This document shows positions 45,689 to 55,442 of a stretch of 64,000 nucleotides of DNA, piece by piece. The position numbers and the translations under genes are program-made. A model generated the notes under the pieces. The model worked only from the letters and a program-made list of their open reading frames with translations, made no database searches and was not told where the DNA came from. Every line of letters begins with the position of its first letter. The stretch's first letter is position 1. The stretch covers positions 34,317 through 98,316 of the forward strand of contig CAJTLY010000007.1 in the NCBI GenBank assembly GCA_910577095.1, in the 5' to 3' direction. The DNA comes from an uncultured Alphaproteobacteria bacterium. GTDB taxonomy: Bacteria > Pseudomonadota > Alphaproteobacteria > RF32 > CAG-239.

Positions 45689-46405
45689 CTAAATTTCCTT
45701 AAGCCAACGGATTTTTGCCGCACATTGTCGCTGTGTCATTCCTTTGACCCGGCAGCGGTTGACGATGATGTTGGGCTGTTTGTCCATACTGTAACAACCG
45801 TCTCCCAACAAACCGTAATCAAAATGGTTTTCTACCCCGGGTTCAACGTCGCTGAAAGTCAAGACCGTTTCCATCCCCGGCCACTTGAGCCGATAGCTGA
45901 TGTTGGACAGTTTAACCGGCAAGGTTGTCATCACCGCAAAACGGGCACTGCAGCGGATTCGTCCCGATGGGCTGCGATAAATGCTAAAATCGCGCATAAA
46001 CAACATAATCAATTCGTCTTCGGGATGATCCTCGGTTGTTTCGACCGTTATTCCTCCGACCTGCGAATAGCGGCGAAACGGTTCCTGTGTCTTTTGTGCC
46101 TGCGGTTGAGGTTGTTTTTTGCCGTAGGCATAATCAAAAGGAGAATTGACCGGCTGTTTTTCGACCTCGCCGGCTTCGGTGTTTTCAGCCGTCTCGACAA
46201 CCGAATGCTTAGTTTCCGGCAGGGAGGAGTTGGCGTCAGCTTTTTGGACCGCCTGAGCATCGGAAACCGGAGCGGTCGTCGGAGACTGAACCGGCACGCG
46301 GTTGCCGGTTGCATTAAAAAACTGGGCGGCTGCCGGTTGTGCAAGCACAAGCCCGGCAACAACAGCCGAAAATATTCTGAATATATTTATTCTCTTCATC
46401 GGCAC
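45689..46405 (-). CDS. secreted hypothetical protein (paralog pair, member B)
   Basis: 238 aa with a signal peptide ending AQPAAAQ, a low-complexity linker, and a Cys-containing C-terminal domain. Confidence 0.6.
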   Translation of the reverse strand: MPMKRINIFRIFSAVVAGLVLAQPAAAQFFNATGNRVPVQSPTTAPVSDAQAVQKADANSSLPETKHSVVETAENTEAGEVEKQPVNSPFDYAYGKKQPQPQAQKTQEPFRRYSQVGGITVETTEDHPEDELIMLFMRDFSIYRSPSGRIRCSARFAVMTTLPVKLSNISYRLKWPGMETVLTFSDVEPGVENHFDYGLLGDGCYSMDKQPNIIVNRCRVKGMTQRQCAAKIRWLKEI

Positions 46406-46420
46406 ACCCTTGTTAAAATA

Positions 46421-47155
46421 TTATTTGATTCCGCTGATAATACTTCCGGCGGCTCCCAAAGTTTCAACCGTTTTGGCATAAATGCTTTCGGCTTCGTCCT
46501 TGCTTTCCTGCTTTTTGGCATCTTCGCGGGCTTTTTCTTCATCAGGGGTAATTTCCTTAAAGTCCAGATAATACTGGGCATCTTCCGGAGAAACGTACTT
46601 GAACATCCGGCTGCAGGCATTTCCCTGGCTGCTGCGACGCGCGGACCGGTTGGCGCCGGAAAGACCGTCGGCACTACAGGATTTGACATTAAAATCAACT
46701 TTTTCGATCAAAAGAAAGCAGCGGTCGGTATTGATACGGTTATTAATGGTAACCTGCTTATAAGACTTGACGGAAGGAACTTCGATCATAACGCTGACGT
46801 CTTTGGAAGTTCTTCTCTCGGTTTCCGAATAAGAACGGTTAACATTGCGGTTTTGTTTGGCGGCATCCTCTTCTTTTTCTTCGCTGATAACTTCTTCAAG
46901 AGAAGTATCTTTCCATGCAAAATCCAACAAAGCTTCTTTGATGTTATAAGACGAACGGTTATAGAAAGTGGTGTTAAAGTCACAGGCAATGACTTCGCCG
47001 TCACGATTTTTAACCGGTGTAACGTCATGAATTTTAAACAGCACTTCTTCGACATTGTCGCTGTCGCCGGCAGCCGGCGCTGCTCCCGCCGAACTGATGT
47101 TGGTTGCCAACAGAAGGCTGAGTGCCAAACCGAAAACTTTTTTGTTAATGTTCAT
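46421..47155 (-). CDS. secreted hypothetical protein (paralog pair, member A)
   Basis: 244 aa with a signal peptide ending SSAGAA. Its domain has spaced Cys residues similar to the downstream neighbour, plus a charged C-terminal tail. Confidence 0.6.
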   Translation of the reverse strand: MNINKKVFGLALSLLLATNISSAGAAPAAGDSDNVEEVLFKIHDVTPVKNRDGEVIACDFNTTFYNRSSYNIKEALLDFAWKDTSLEEVISEEKEEDAAKQNRNVNRSYSETERRTSKDVSVMIEVPSVKSYKQVTINNRINTDRCFLLIEKVDFNVKSCSADGLSGANRSARRSSQGNACSRMFKYVSPEDAQYYLDFKEITPDEEKAREDAKKQESKDEAESIYAKTVETLGAAGSIISGIK

Positions 47156-47241
47156 TTTGCTTTCCTCAAAAGTTATTTATCAAGATTTACCGAATAATAA
47201 TTCAATTTTTTTAAATTTACCAACAAATTATGAATAAAAAC

Positions 47242-48015
47242 CTAATTATTGTGCAATTTTTTTGCCAAACGCAGCAAATCTGCCCACACTTTGGACTTTT
47301 GCGCCGGATTGCGCAGCAGATAGGCGGGGTGGAAACTCGCCAACACCGCACAGGCATCGCCTTTTAAGGTCTTATATTCAAGCCACTTGCCCCGCAGCCG
47401 CGAAATGGATTCTTCGTTATCCAACAGACTGTTGGCCGCGCTTCCGCCCAAAACCAAAATAATCTCCGGTTTCATCAATTCAATCTGGCGTTTCAGAAAA
47501 GGCAGGCATACCGCCACTTCCGCATCCGTCGGCGTCCGGTTTCCGGGCGGCCGCCACGGCAAAACGTTGGTGATGTAAACCGTCGTACGGTCTAATCCGA
47601 TTGCAGACAGCATCTTGTCCAAAAGACGGCCGCTGCGACCGACAAAAGGTTCCCCGATTCTGTCCTCGTCTGCCCCCGGCGCTTCGCCGACAATCATGAT
47701 TTTGGCATTCGGGTTGCCGCCGCCGAAAACGGTTTTGTTGGAAGTCAGTTTCAGCGAACAGCCGTCAAAAGCCTCCACCGCTGCCCGCAGCTCGGTCAAC
47801 GATGAGGCCGCTTCGCAGACATCGCGGGCGTTTTTGCAGGCTTTCAGGCTCATTTGCGCCAAATCGGTAATGGCCGGACGCGGCGAATTTTCCAAAGGAC
47901 TTTCGGTTTTTGCCGGCCGCACCGGTGTTTTCTGCACACAACCGGGAACATCGCCGAAGATCGCGTCGACCCCGGCGGCAATATACCATTCCAGCAATTC
48001 TTTTTCGTTCATCAT
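47242..48015 (-). CDS. uracil-DNA glycosylase, family 4
   Basis: 257 aa with GEAPGADED and FVGRSGRLL motifs and a C-terminal HPAYLLR. Confidence 0.88.
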   Translation of the reverse strand: MMNEKELLEWYIAAGVDAIFGDVPGCVQKTPVRPAKTESPLENSPRPAITDLAQMSLKACKNARDVCEAASSLTELRAAVEAFDGCSLKLTSNKTVFGGGNPNAKIMIVGEAPGADEDRIGEPFVGRSGRLLDKMLSAIGLDRTTVYITNVLPWRPPGNRTPTDAEVAVCLPFLKRQIELMKPEIILVLGGSAANSLLDNEESISRLRGKWLEYKTLKGDACAVLASFHPAYLLRNPAQKSKVWADLLRLAKKLHNN

Positions 48016-48133
48016 AAGATTATGCTATGCCGTTCTGTTTTCTTTTGCAAACAAATAATTAAATTATCTTCATATTATTACAATTATGTTGTAAGATGGG
48101 CGAGTCTGAACTAAACTGGAGACGCCTGGAAAA

Positions 48134-49975
48134 ATGAACGGAGTTATCAAAGTGATTGAAAAAGCAGCATATCTACTTTCCATCCTGATCGGAATTGTCA
48201 TTGCCAATTCCTGCACCCTTTTTAAAGCGGAAACAACGCATGTTTCCGATCTCCCGGCATCGGCGGAAACCACGGCAAATTCCATGCCCGCGCCGCAAGC
48301 TGCCGCAACCAACTACGGCAGTTACCTTGCCGGACGGGTTGCGCATATCCGCCATGACCTCAACACTGCCGCCGATTATTACATGGCCGCCGTCGCCGAC
48401 ACACCCGACAACCAGATGCTGCCTAACCAACTATATATCATCCTCACCTCTCAGGGCAGAATTGACGAAGCGATCAAATATGCCAAAATCGCTCAGAAAA
48501 AAGGCGATGAAAGTCCGTTTATCTACACCCTCGAAGCCATCCATCTGGTTAAAAACAAACAATATCAGCAAGCGGCAGAAACCATATCCAAATGTGACAA
48601 CCCGTTTGCTCAGGCCGTTTTCAATCCGTTGATCACCGCTTGGAGCCATGCCGGCATGAACGACGGTCCCGCCGCCCTCAAAGCCCTTGCGCCGCTCGGT
48701 GAGAACGAAGCTTTTAAACCGTTGTACTTTTTCCATGCCGGCGCCATCAACGACTATCTCGGCAATACCAAAGCCGCCGCGGCGCATTACACGGCGCTGA
48801 TGAATATCAAACACATGGAACTCGCGGTTTTTCCGCTGCAGGTGATTACCAACTTTTATTTGCGGCAAAACGAACCCGACAAAGCCCTGTTTGCCACCCG
48901 CAATGCCGTCAACAAAAACAATCTGATGATGAAAACGGTGATCGAAGGCATTAAGAAAAGCGATTCGTCCGTTGCCCCGGTTTTGCAATCCCCCGACATC
49001 GGACTGTCCGACGCCCTGTTCAGCATTGCTCTGCTTTTGCAACAGGACAATAACAACAACGATCTTGCCCTCTTGTTCTCCTCGCTGGCTTCGTACAGCA
49101 ATCCCGGTTATCCGCTGCCGCTTTTGCTTACCGCCGACATGCTTGAAAAAAGGGAATTGTATGCCGAAGCCAACCAAGTTTACAGGAAAGTGGCACCCGA
49201 CAGTTACGCCGCTTATACGGCATTGTTCCAACGCGGCAAAAATCTGATGCGGCTGAACGACACCGCCGCCGCAGAAGAAATTTTCCGCAAACTGTACAGC
49301 GATTATCCGCCCAACCCGGATATTTTGACCAACCTCGGCGAAGTGGCACGCCTTAATCACAAATATGCCGAAGCGGCTCAGTATTATCAAAAGGCGATCG
49401 ACCTCTATCCCGGCGAAGCCGTTGCCGAAGTCTGGCCGCTCTACTTTGCCATCGGGGTTTCTTACGACGCCGCCGGCGATCACGATACCGCCGAACGCTA
49501 TTTCCGTAAAGTTCTGCAGCTCCGGCCCAACCGGATGACCAAAAATCATCTCGGATATATTCTGTTGCAGCAGAACAAAAATATTGAAGAAGCTTTTGAA
49601 TTGATTGTTTCCGCTTATGCGCCCGCTGCCGCCGAAGGAACCATCACCGACAGCGTCGGTTGGGCTTTCTACAAAATCGGCGAATATGACCGGGCGGCGG
49701 AATATCTGGAGAAAGCTTCCGATCAGGCTTCTTCCGAGGCCCTGATTTATGATCATCTCGGAGACGCCTACTGGCAAATCGGACGTAAACGGGAAGCCGT
49801 TTTTCAGTGGAATCATGCTCTGAGCTTAAAAGACAATACCGGAGAATTTGACCGTGAAGCCACGCTCAAAAAGCTTGAAAACGGCCTTGACAAACCACTT
49901 GTCCCGGCTTATGACCGTTCCAGAATCGAACGGCAAATCAAAGCGTTGGAATTTAAGGAAAAACAGGCGGAATAA
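48134..49975 (+). CDS. TPR repeat protein (large, probably exported)
   Basis: 613 aa with a hydrophobic N-terminus ending IANSC (weak lipobox) and multiple TPR-like units. Confidence 0.75.
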   Translation: MNGVIKVIEKAAYLLSILIGIVIANSCTLFKAETTHVSDLPASAETTANSMPAPQAAATNYGSYLAGRVAHIRHDLNTAADYYMAAVADTPDNQMLPNQLYIILTSQGRIDEAIKYAKIAQKKGDESPFIYTLEAIHLVKNKQYQQAAETISKCDNPFAQAVFNPLITAWSHAGMNDGPAALKALAPLGENEAFKPLYFFHAGAINDYLGNTKAAAAHYTALMNIKHMELAVFPLQVITNFYLRQNEPDKALFATRNAVNKNNLMMKTVIEGIKKSDSSVAPVLQSPDIGLSDALFSIALLLQQDNNNNDLALLFSSLASYSNPGYPLPLLLTADMLEKRELYAEANQVYRKVAPDSYAAYTALFQRGKNLMRLNDTAAAEEIFRKLYSDYPPNPDILTNLGEVARLNHKYAEAAQYYQKAIDLYPGEAVAEVWPLYFAIGVSYDAAGDHDTAERYFRKVLQLRPNRMTKNHLGYILLQQNKNIEEAFELIVSAYAPAAAEGTITDSVGWAFYKIGEYDRAAEYLEKASDQASSEALIYDHLGDAYWQIGRKREAVFQWNHALSLKDNTGEFDREATLKKLENGLDKPLVPAYDRSRIERQIKALEFKEKQAE

Positions 49976-49992
49976 ACCGCGTCACGTCATCT

Positions 49993-50023
49993 AAAAAATG
50001 CGGCTTGTTCAGCCGCATTTTTT
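49993..50023. terminator. bidirectional terminator
   Basis: aaaaaatgcggct-tgttc-agccgcatttttt. Confidence 0.75.
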
Positions 50024-50064
50024 ATATTCGTTTCCGACCGTTCGCCGACACATCAGCTTACAAA

Positions 50065-50301
50065 TCAATGAACGCTTTTGGGATCGAGGTCGTTTTGACG
50101 AGCCAGAATAAAGGCAAAATCTCTGCTGTCGGCAATTGCCAGCTGCGTTCCGTCGGCAGTATAAATTTTCCACACTTCGTTATCGGAGATTTTATCGCTT
50201 TTGATAAAAGCAACTTCCTGATCTCCCCAGCTCAACATAGCTTCATAATCTTCCTCCGTAAGCAAGGCCCGGCGGTTTTCCTGCAGCATATCTTTTTTCA
50301 T
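50065..50301 (-). CDS. DUF1150 family small protein
   Basis: 78 aa. The pattern VAFIK...W.IY.ADGT.LA.ADSR..A...A.. ends in VH. The family call is from memory. Confidence 0.6.
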   Translation of the reverse strand: MKKDMLQENRRALLTEEDYEAMLSWGDQEVAFIKSDKISDNEVWKIYTADGTQLAIADSRDFAFILARQNDLDPKSVH

Positions 50302-50469
50302 TTTAATGCCCTATACAAAAATTTTCATTCATCTGCTTTTATATATACCCCTCTTATTAACATTTGGCTAATAAAAAATGCACTTTTTGCCAAAGGATTG
50401 CAGAAATAATTTGCCAAAAAAGAATTTAGGGTTTATACACTTAGCTAAAAAACAATGAGGTAACAATTT

Positions 50470-50688
50470 ATGAAAGAAGAATTGCTGGAGTTGGCCGGTA
50501 CGGTTATTGAAAAACTGCCTAATGCCATGTTCAGGGTAAAATTGGAAAACGGCGTCGAAATTCTGGCTCACACTGCCGGAAAAATGCGCAAATTCCGCAT
50601 ACGGGTCATGGTCGGAGACAAAGTTGACATCGAAATGACCCCTTACGACTTAACCAAAGGCCGAATCACTTTCCGCCACAAAGATTGA
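50470..50688 (+). CDS. infA: translation initiation factor IF-1
   Basis: 72 aa with [13 protein letters not shown]...GKMRK..IR...GD.V..E..PYDL.KGRI..R. Confidence 0.97.
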   Translation: MKEELLELAGTVIEKLPNAMFRVKLENGVEILAHTAGKMRKFRIRVMVGDKVDIEMTPYDLTKGRITFRHKD

Positions 50689-50704
50689 CGGAAACAAACA
50701 ATTG

Positions 50705-50740
50705 ACGACAAAACCCGGCAACGCCGGGTTTTGTCGTTAT
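50705..50740. terminator. bidirectional terminator
   Basis: 15-bp stem acgacaaaacccggc/gccgggttttgtcgt. Confidence 0.7.
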
Positions 50741-50765
50741 CTTATACTTTCGAACCGTTAGCCTT

Positions 50766-51350
50766 TTACAGATATTTTATCGCGGCAAAACCGCCGATTA
50801 ACAGCAGCAAAAACAAGACAGAAAGTATTCCCAGATTCTTTTCGATAAAAGTCCGGATCGGTTCTCCGAATCTTTTTAACAACCATGCGACGATAAAAAA
50901 GCGCAAACCGCGCGCTGCCACCGAAGCCAGCCCGAAAACCCACAGATTCAGATCAACCGCACCGCTGGCGATCGTAATCACTTTATAGGGAAACGGCGTA
51001 ATTCCGGCTCCGAAAACGATACACGCCCCCCATTCATGATAATAGCCCTTAAAAACGTCAAACTGATGACTGTAACCGTAAAAATCCAAAATCGGCCGCG
51101 CAATCAGATCATATCCGTAAAAACCGATTGCGTAGCCGAAATATCCGCCGATCACACTGGCAACCGTTGCCCAACCGGCAATATGCCACGCCTTTTTCGG
51201 CGTAGCCAGAACCATCGGAATCAACATAATATCGGGCGGAATCGGAAAAAAAGAACTTTCCATAAACGATACCGTCAACAGTACCGGCAGCGCATAAGGC
51301 CCCGAGGCTGCATTAATCAGCCAGTCGTACATTCGTCTCAAATATTTCAT
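50766..51350 (-). CDS. YqaA/DedA-superfamily membrane protein
   Basis: 194 aa, multi-TM, with ESSFFPIPPD and the G..P(F/Y)K motif. Confidence 0.8.
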   Translation of the reverse strand: MKYLRRMYDWLINAASGPYALPVLLTVSFMESSFFPIPPDIMLIPMVLATPKKAWHIAGWATVASVIGGYFGYAIGFYGYDLIARPILDFYGYSHQFDVFKGYYHEWGACIVFGAGITPFPYKVITIASGAVDLNLWVFGLASVAARGLRFFIVAWLLKRFGEPIRTFIEKNLGILSVLFLLLLIGGFAAIKYL

Positions 51351-51395
51351 CAGTCACCACCCCGTCATATTTATAAGTCAGGGTTATAACACAAC

Positions 51396-52019
51396 TTATT
51401 TGAGAAACGAAAATAATTTTTGCAGATTGTTGCGATTTTCCACATAAAAAGTATTTTTAAAGCCTATCTCGCTTTTTATTTTATCATAATTTTCTTCCGC
51501 ACTGTGAACAATCAACGCCTGCGGCGCATTGCGCTGCAAAAACATTTTGGCGCCGTGGGGATCATAAACTTTGAAATAAGAAACCCGGAACTCGTCCATG
51601 CCGCTGAAGTCTTTGTCCGAATAAGGAAGGTTATCCTCCAACAGCAGCACCCGGTAACCGGCGCCGCCCTTGAAATAAGCGTCAACAATCTCAAGCAGCC
51701 GATCCGCATCCTGTGGGGCAACATAATGAGCCGCCCCTTTAACAACATCCGGTGAAGCCTCAGCGTTCAACATGACGGCCGGCGCTTCGTCCAAATAACG
51801 ATTGGATGCCAGATAGTTCAGCACCTGCCATGCGTCAACGTTTTCCGCCTCATTGTCAACCACATACAATCCCGGTTGGAGTTCCGGCGCATAACGGATC
51901 AACTTATATGCGTTATTGGTGGCAAAAACTTCATAACCATGCTCTTCCAACAGATGCTGGTAACGGCTGTTCAGACCGTTATTGCCGTCAATCATAAAGA
52001 TGCGCCCCGCCTGCTCCAT
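51396..52019 (-). CDS. hypothetical protein with degenerate receiver-like domain(s)
   Basis: 207 aa. IFMIDGN...LYVVDNEAENVDAW...PAVMLNAE mimics the REC beta-alpha pattern but lacks the conserved Lys and part of the acidic pocket. Confidence 0.4.
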   Translation of the reverse strand: MEQAGRIFMIDGNNGLNSRYQHLLEEHGYEVFATNNAYKLIRYAPELQPGLYVVDNEAENVDAWQVLNYLASNRYLDEAPAVMLNAEASPDVVKGAAHYVAPQDADRLLEIVDAYFKGGAGYRVLLLEDNLPYSDKDFSGMDEFRVSYFKVYDPHGAKMFLQRNAPQALIVHSAEENYDKIKSEIGFKNTFYVENRNNLQKLFSFLK

Positions 52020-52081
52020 GTTTTTATTCCCTTTTCGGCATGATGAATAAACAACTCAGAGTCTATATAATATTTCTGCGC

Positions 52082-52936
52082 CTATTTTTTAAGATTGTTA
52101 TTTTGGTTTAGATAGGCCCGACAGGTATTGTCGAGCAGCATGGCAATCGTCATCGGACCGACCCCGCCGGGCACCGGCGTGATATAGGCGGCCTGCTCTT
52201 TTACTTCCTCAAAATCAACGTCTCCGCACAATTTTCCGTCGATCCGGTTGATGCCGACGTCAATCACCGTCGCTCCCTTTTTAACCCAGTCTCTTTTCAC
52301 CATTCGCGGGCATCCGCAGGCCGCAACCAAAATATCGGCCTGCCGCGTCATTTCCGGCAATCCCTTTGTCTTGCTGTGGGTGACGGTTACCGTGCAGTGA
52401 TGATTAAGCAAAAGCGAAGCCAACGGACGGCCGACAATGTTGGAACGGCCGATAATAACCGCATGTTTACCGCTCAAATCACCGAGATGCTGCTGCAAAA
52501 GATACAAAATGCCTTTCGGAGTTGCCGCCACCATGGCGCGCGGATCATTTTCATGCAGCAACCCGGCATTATAAGGGCCAAAACCGTCCACATCCTTTTC
52601 GTGGGCAATCGTTTCGATAATTCTTGAGCTGTCAATATGACGCGGCAGCGGCATTTGCACCAAGATGCCGTTCACTTCACGATCTTCGTTCAAACGACGG
52701 ATTAAAGCGGACAATTCGGATTCGGTCGTTGTTTCGGGCAAATGATGAATATCGCATTTCATCCCCATTTCCCAAGCTGCTTTTTGTTTATTGCGGTCAT
52801 AAATCAGACTGGCCGGATCATCCCCGACCAAAATGACCGCCAGATAAGGCTTGACCTGCCATTCCGCAATCTTTTCCGCCAGTCGGTCGCGCAATTCCCG
52901 CGCCGCCGTTTTACCGTCAATTATCTGCGCCGTCAT
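52082..52936 (-). CDS. folD: bifunctional methylenetetrahydrofolate dehydrogenase/cyclohydrolase
   Basis: 284 aa with typical FolD motifs (DGFGPYN, GRSNIVGRP, PGGVGPMT). Confidence 0.96.
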   Translation of the reverse strand: MTAQIIDGKTAARELRDRLAEKIAEWQVKPYLAVILVGDDPASLIYDRNKQKAAWEMGMKCDIHHLPETTTESELSALIRRLNEDREVNGILVQMPLPRHIDSSRIIETIAHEKDVDGFGPYNAGLLHENDPRAMVAATPKGILYLLQQHLGDLSGKHAVIIGRSNIVGRPLASLLLNHHCTVTVTHSKTKGLPEMTRQADILVAACGCPRMVKRDWVKKGATVIDVGINRIDGKLCGDVDFEEVKEQAAYITPVPGGVGPMTIAMLLDNTCRAYLNQNNNLKK

Positions 52937-53249
52937 TTTGATTCTCCTTTACCCAAATTTCGATCTGTCTTAAAACATTTTGCCGGTCACCGGTGATCAG
53001 AATTTTTTTATAGTGGGAAATTTCGCCGCTGACAAGCTCTAATTCCGACTTGGCAATTTTCAATTTTGCACTCAGAAGTTTGATCAGTTCCCGGTTGGCA
53101 CGTCCTTTTTCGGGGACGCTGACAACACTGATTTTTAAATACGCCGTTCCCTTCTCGTCGACAAAGATTCCCTTTATCGCGGCAGCAGCGGCATTCGGTG
53201 TCAGTCGCACCCGCAGAATAATTCCGTCATCGTTTTCCGTAAAAAACAT
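52917..53249 (-). CDS. yggU: DUF167 (YggU) family protein
   Basis: Internal ATG at 53249. EKGRAN motif. Overlaps the folD start by 20 nt. Confidence 0.8.
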   Translation of the reverse strand: MFFTENDDGIILRVRLTPNAAAAAIKGIFVDEKGTAYLKISVVSVPEKGRANRELIKLLSAKLKIAKSELELVSGEISHYKKILITGDRQNVLRQIEIWVKENQNDGADN

Positions 53250-53314
53250 TTTTTTCCTTTTAAAAGTATAATCGGGCAGCAAAAGCCGCCCGACCTGTTT
53301 TTCGAGTTCGCCGG

Positions 53315-53614
53315 TTACATCAGCATCACGTCAAGGCGATAGATGAAACGGCTTAAAAACAACAATGCCATCAATAAAATAAACGGAGAGAAGTCCACTC
53401 CCGAAAAGGCGGGAACTTTTTCCGAAATTTTCTTATAAACCGGCTGGGTAACCTTGGTTAAAATTTCGACGGCCTTAGCCACATAAACGTTTTTAACGTC
53501 CAAAATTTTGAAATGAATCAGCCAGTGAACGGCAACTTCCGCCAAGACGACCGTAAAATAGATATCTACGATAATTCCAAGCATCCACACAAACGGTTCA
53601 AGCAAAGCACCCAT
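53315..53614 (-). CDS. yggT: YggT family membrane protein
   Basis: 99 aa with 2-3 TM helices. Adjacent to yggU as in many bacteria. Confidence 0.75.
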   Translation of the reverse strand: MGALLEPFVWMLGIIVDIYFTVVLAEVAVHWLIHFKILDVKNVYVAKAVEILTKVTQPVYKKISEKVPAFSGVDFSPFILLMALLFLSRFIYRLDVMLM

Positions 53615-53686
53615 AAAAAATTCTCCTCATAATTTTAAAACATTGCAGAATTAATTTAAACAATTTCCGATCAATTGTCCAGTTTT

Positions 53687-54802
53687 TTATGCATATTGCC
53701 GCCGGGCTGCCGACAACGAATTGTAATGCATGCTGCTGAACGCCCGCGCCCGGTCCATCGTATAACCGGACGGACGGTTTTTCAGCGGCGGACGGCGACC
53801 GGAAAGGCGGGCAATATGATCACGGATGTCTTCTTCGGTCTGCAACGCCGGTTGGGCCTCGTCAATCTTTTCGATAAACTCTTCGGCAGCGCTGCGTTCA
53901 TACGATTGCATCCGATCATCATCCCAGTGGAAAAGGATTTCTTCTTTCAGGGAATCGTTAAAGCTGAAATTCAATTCGGTAATTTCATTTGCTTCGCCCT
54001 GATAAATCCGGTTTTCTTCGTCGGAACGACGCAGATCCTCATCTTCGTACTGTTCGTAGAAATCATCATAATCGTCGTCCAGATCGTCATCATCGCCGTG
54101 ATACATGTTAAGTTTTTGCAAAGTGCGCTTGGGCATATTCCAGCGCGGCGGACGTTTCATAAACTCGCGCATCGCCGCAACATAGACGACCGCCTTTTTA
54201 TAATCGTTTTCTTTTTTCTTGATGTCGACTTCCTGCGGCTTGTCCGCTTTGTTGGCGGTACTTTCTTTGATCGCATTGCGAATCTGACGCAGTTTGACCA
54301 GCTTATTGTAAATCTCCGCATATTTTTTCTTGGCTTCGGGGAAGGCACTTCCCTGATACAAACCGAGACAGGTCAGTATTTCCGCCTCACGGGAATATGA
54401 CATCTCAATCCATTCGTTGCGTTCTTTCAGATCGTCTTCGGATACAAAACCGTCGTTCATATGCTGCATGATTTCCGAACTTTCGGTAAACCAACTGAAA
54501 TATTCCTGCGAAGAAGAAGTTTCCGAACTGATTATTTCGAGAGATTCGGCAATCTGAAACTGCAAATCGGCGACTTTGATTTCGTCGTTGCCGATCTTAA
54601 TTGTCGATTTTTTCGGCGCCAGCACCAGTTCGCGAGTGACCTTTTCGGCCTGCATACGGTCCATATCGGGATACTCGCGCTGAACCGCCCGTTGAATAAT
54701 GTTCTTCGGGCTGTCGAGACGATCCTGTCGTCCCAGCTGAATCCGCCGCAGGCGTTCCAGCCTTTCCTGCTGTGCCATTCTGCTTTTTTCAGTTTCGTCC
54801 AT
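53687..54802 (-). CDS. acidic hypothetical protein
   Basis: 371 aa with no signal peptide and the DDDDLDDDYDDFYEQYEDED tract. The antisense 241-aa ORF looks like a shadow. Confidence 0.55.
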   Translation of the reverse strand: MDETEKSRMAQQERLERLRRIQLGRQDRLDSPKNIIQRAVQREYPDMDRMQAEKVTRELVLAPKKSTIKIGNDEIKVADLQFQIAESLEIISSETSSSQEYFSWFTESSEIMQHMNDGFVSEDDLKERNEWIEMSYSREAEILTCLGLYQGSAFPEAKKKYAEIYNKLVKLRQIRNAIKESTANKADKPQEVDIKKKENDYKKAVVYVAAMREFMKRPPRWNMPKRTLQKLNMYHGDDDDLDDDYDDFYEQYEDEDLRRSDEENRIYQGEANEITELNFSFNDSLKEEILFHWDDDRMQSYERSAAEEFIEKIDEAQPALQTEEDIRDHIARLSGRRPPLKNRPSGYTMDRARAFSSMHYNSLSAARRQYA

Positions 54803-54819
54803 GATAAAACCTCCTGAGT

Positions 54820-55263
54820 TTACGCTTGACTTCCGACTTCTTCGAAAATAATTTTAGCTTCTTCGGCAAGAATAATTTTATCAATAACCCAGTTGCTGAT
54901 CTGTTCAATCTTATCCAGTTCAACGCCCATCGCCTGTCCGACCCGGCCGATAAACAGCGTTTCTTCGTCAGTCAGAACGTCGTCGGCATGCGCCAAAACA
55001 CACAATTCTTTGATCAGTTCCAACGCAACCCGGCGGTTTTTAATTTTTTTGACTTCTTCAATAATCGCATCGTCATCTTCGCAGTTCAACACTTCGTCGA
55101 GACGGTTTTCCGATATTTCATAGGTCTTGGCCAAATTCTTTACAAAACGTTTTTCGTTTTCATCGAAATAGCCGTCAGCACAGGCCAGACGGACAAACGC
55201 CTTCAGATAGGCGACCCGCGTTTCTTCATCCAGTTTAAGCATTTCTTCCAAGTGCTGATCCAT
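54820..55263 (-). CDS. TerB-like domain protein
   Basis: 147 aa with two half-repeats, ACADGYFDENEKRF and AHADDVLTDEETLF, characteristic of the TerB/DjlA-N fold. Confidence 0.6.
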   Translation of the reverse strand: MDQHLEEMLKLDEETRVAYLKAFVRLACADGYFDENEKRFVKNLAKTYEISENRLDEVLNCEDDDAIIEEVKKIKNRRVALELIKELCVLAHADDVLTDEETLFIGRVGQAMGVELDKIEQISNWVIDKIILAEEAKIIFEEVGSQA

Positions 55264-55442
55264 CAGAATTCTCCCAAAAAAATTAATTTAACCGCTTATT
55301 TTTTCCTTATGATAACAAAGAGCCGTCCAATTGGCAACAAAAAAACACTTTTTACGCCAAAAAAACGACAAAATTTCTAAAAAAGCAAATTTTCCTTCTG
55401 CGAAAGAAAAAACATTTGAAAATCTTTCCGTTTGAGGCTAAT

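Noticed and set aside
45602-47197. A 531-aa plus-strand ORF spanning two minus-strand genes.
   Set aside because: Its translation is Arg/Phe/Gly-rich with no coherent features, which is typical of an antisense shadow. The minus-strand ORFs have signal peptides and sensible composition. The same reasoning applies to 193-1095(+), 9028-10035(+), 17130-17804(-), 20524-21555(+), 25322-25984(-), 27250-28098(+), 31630-32640(+), 35477-36637(+), 48431-49816(-), 53675-54400(+), 54826-55380(+) and 58663-59217(-).
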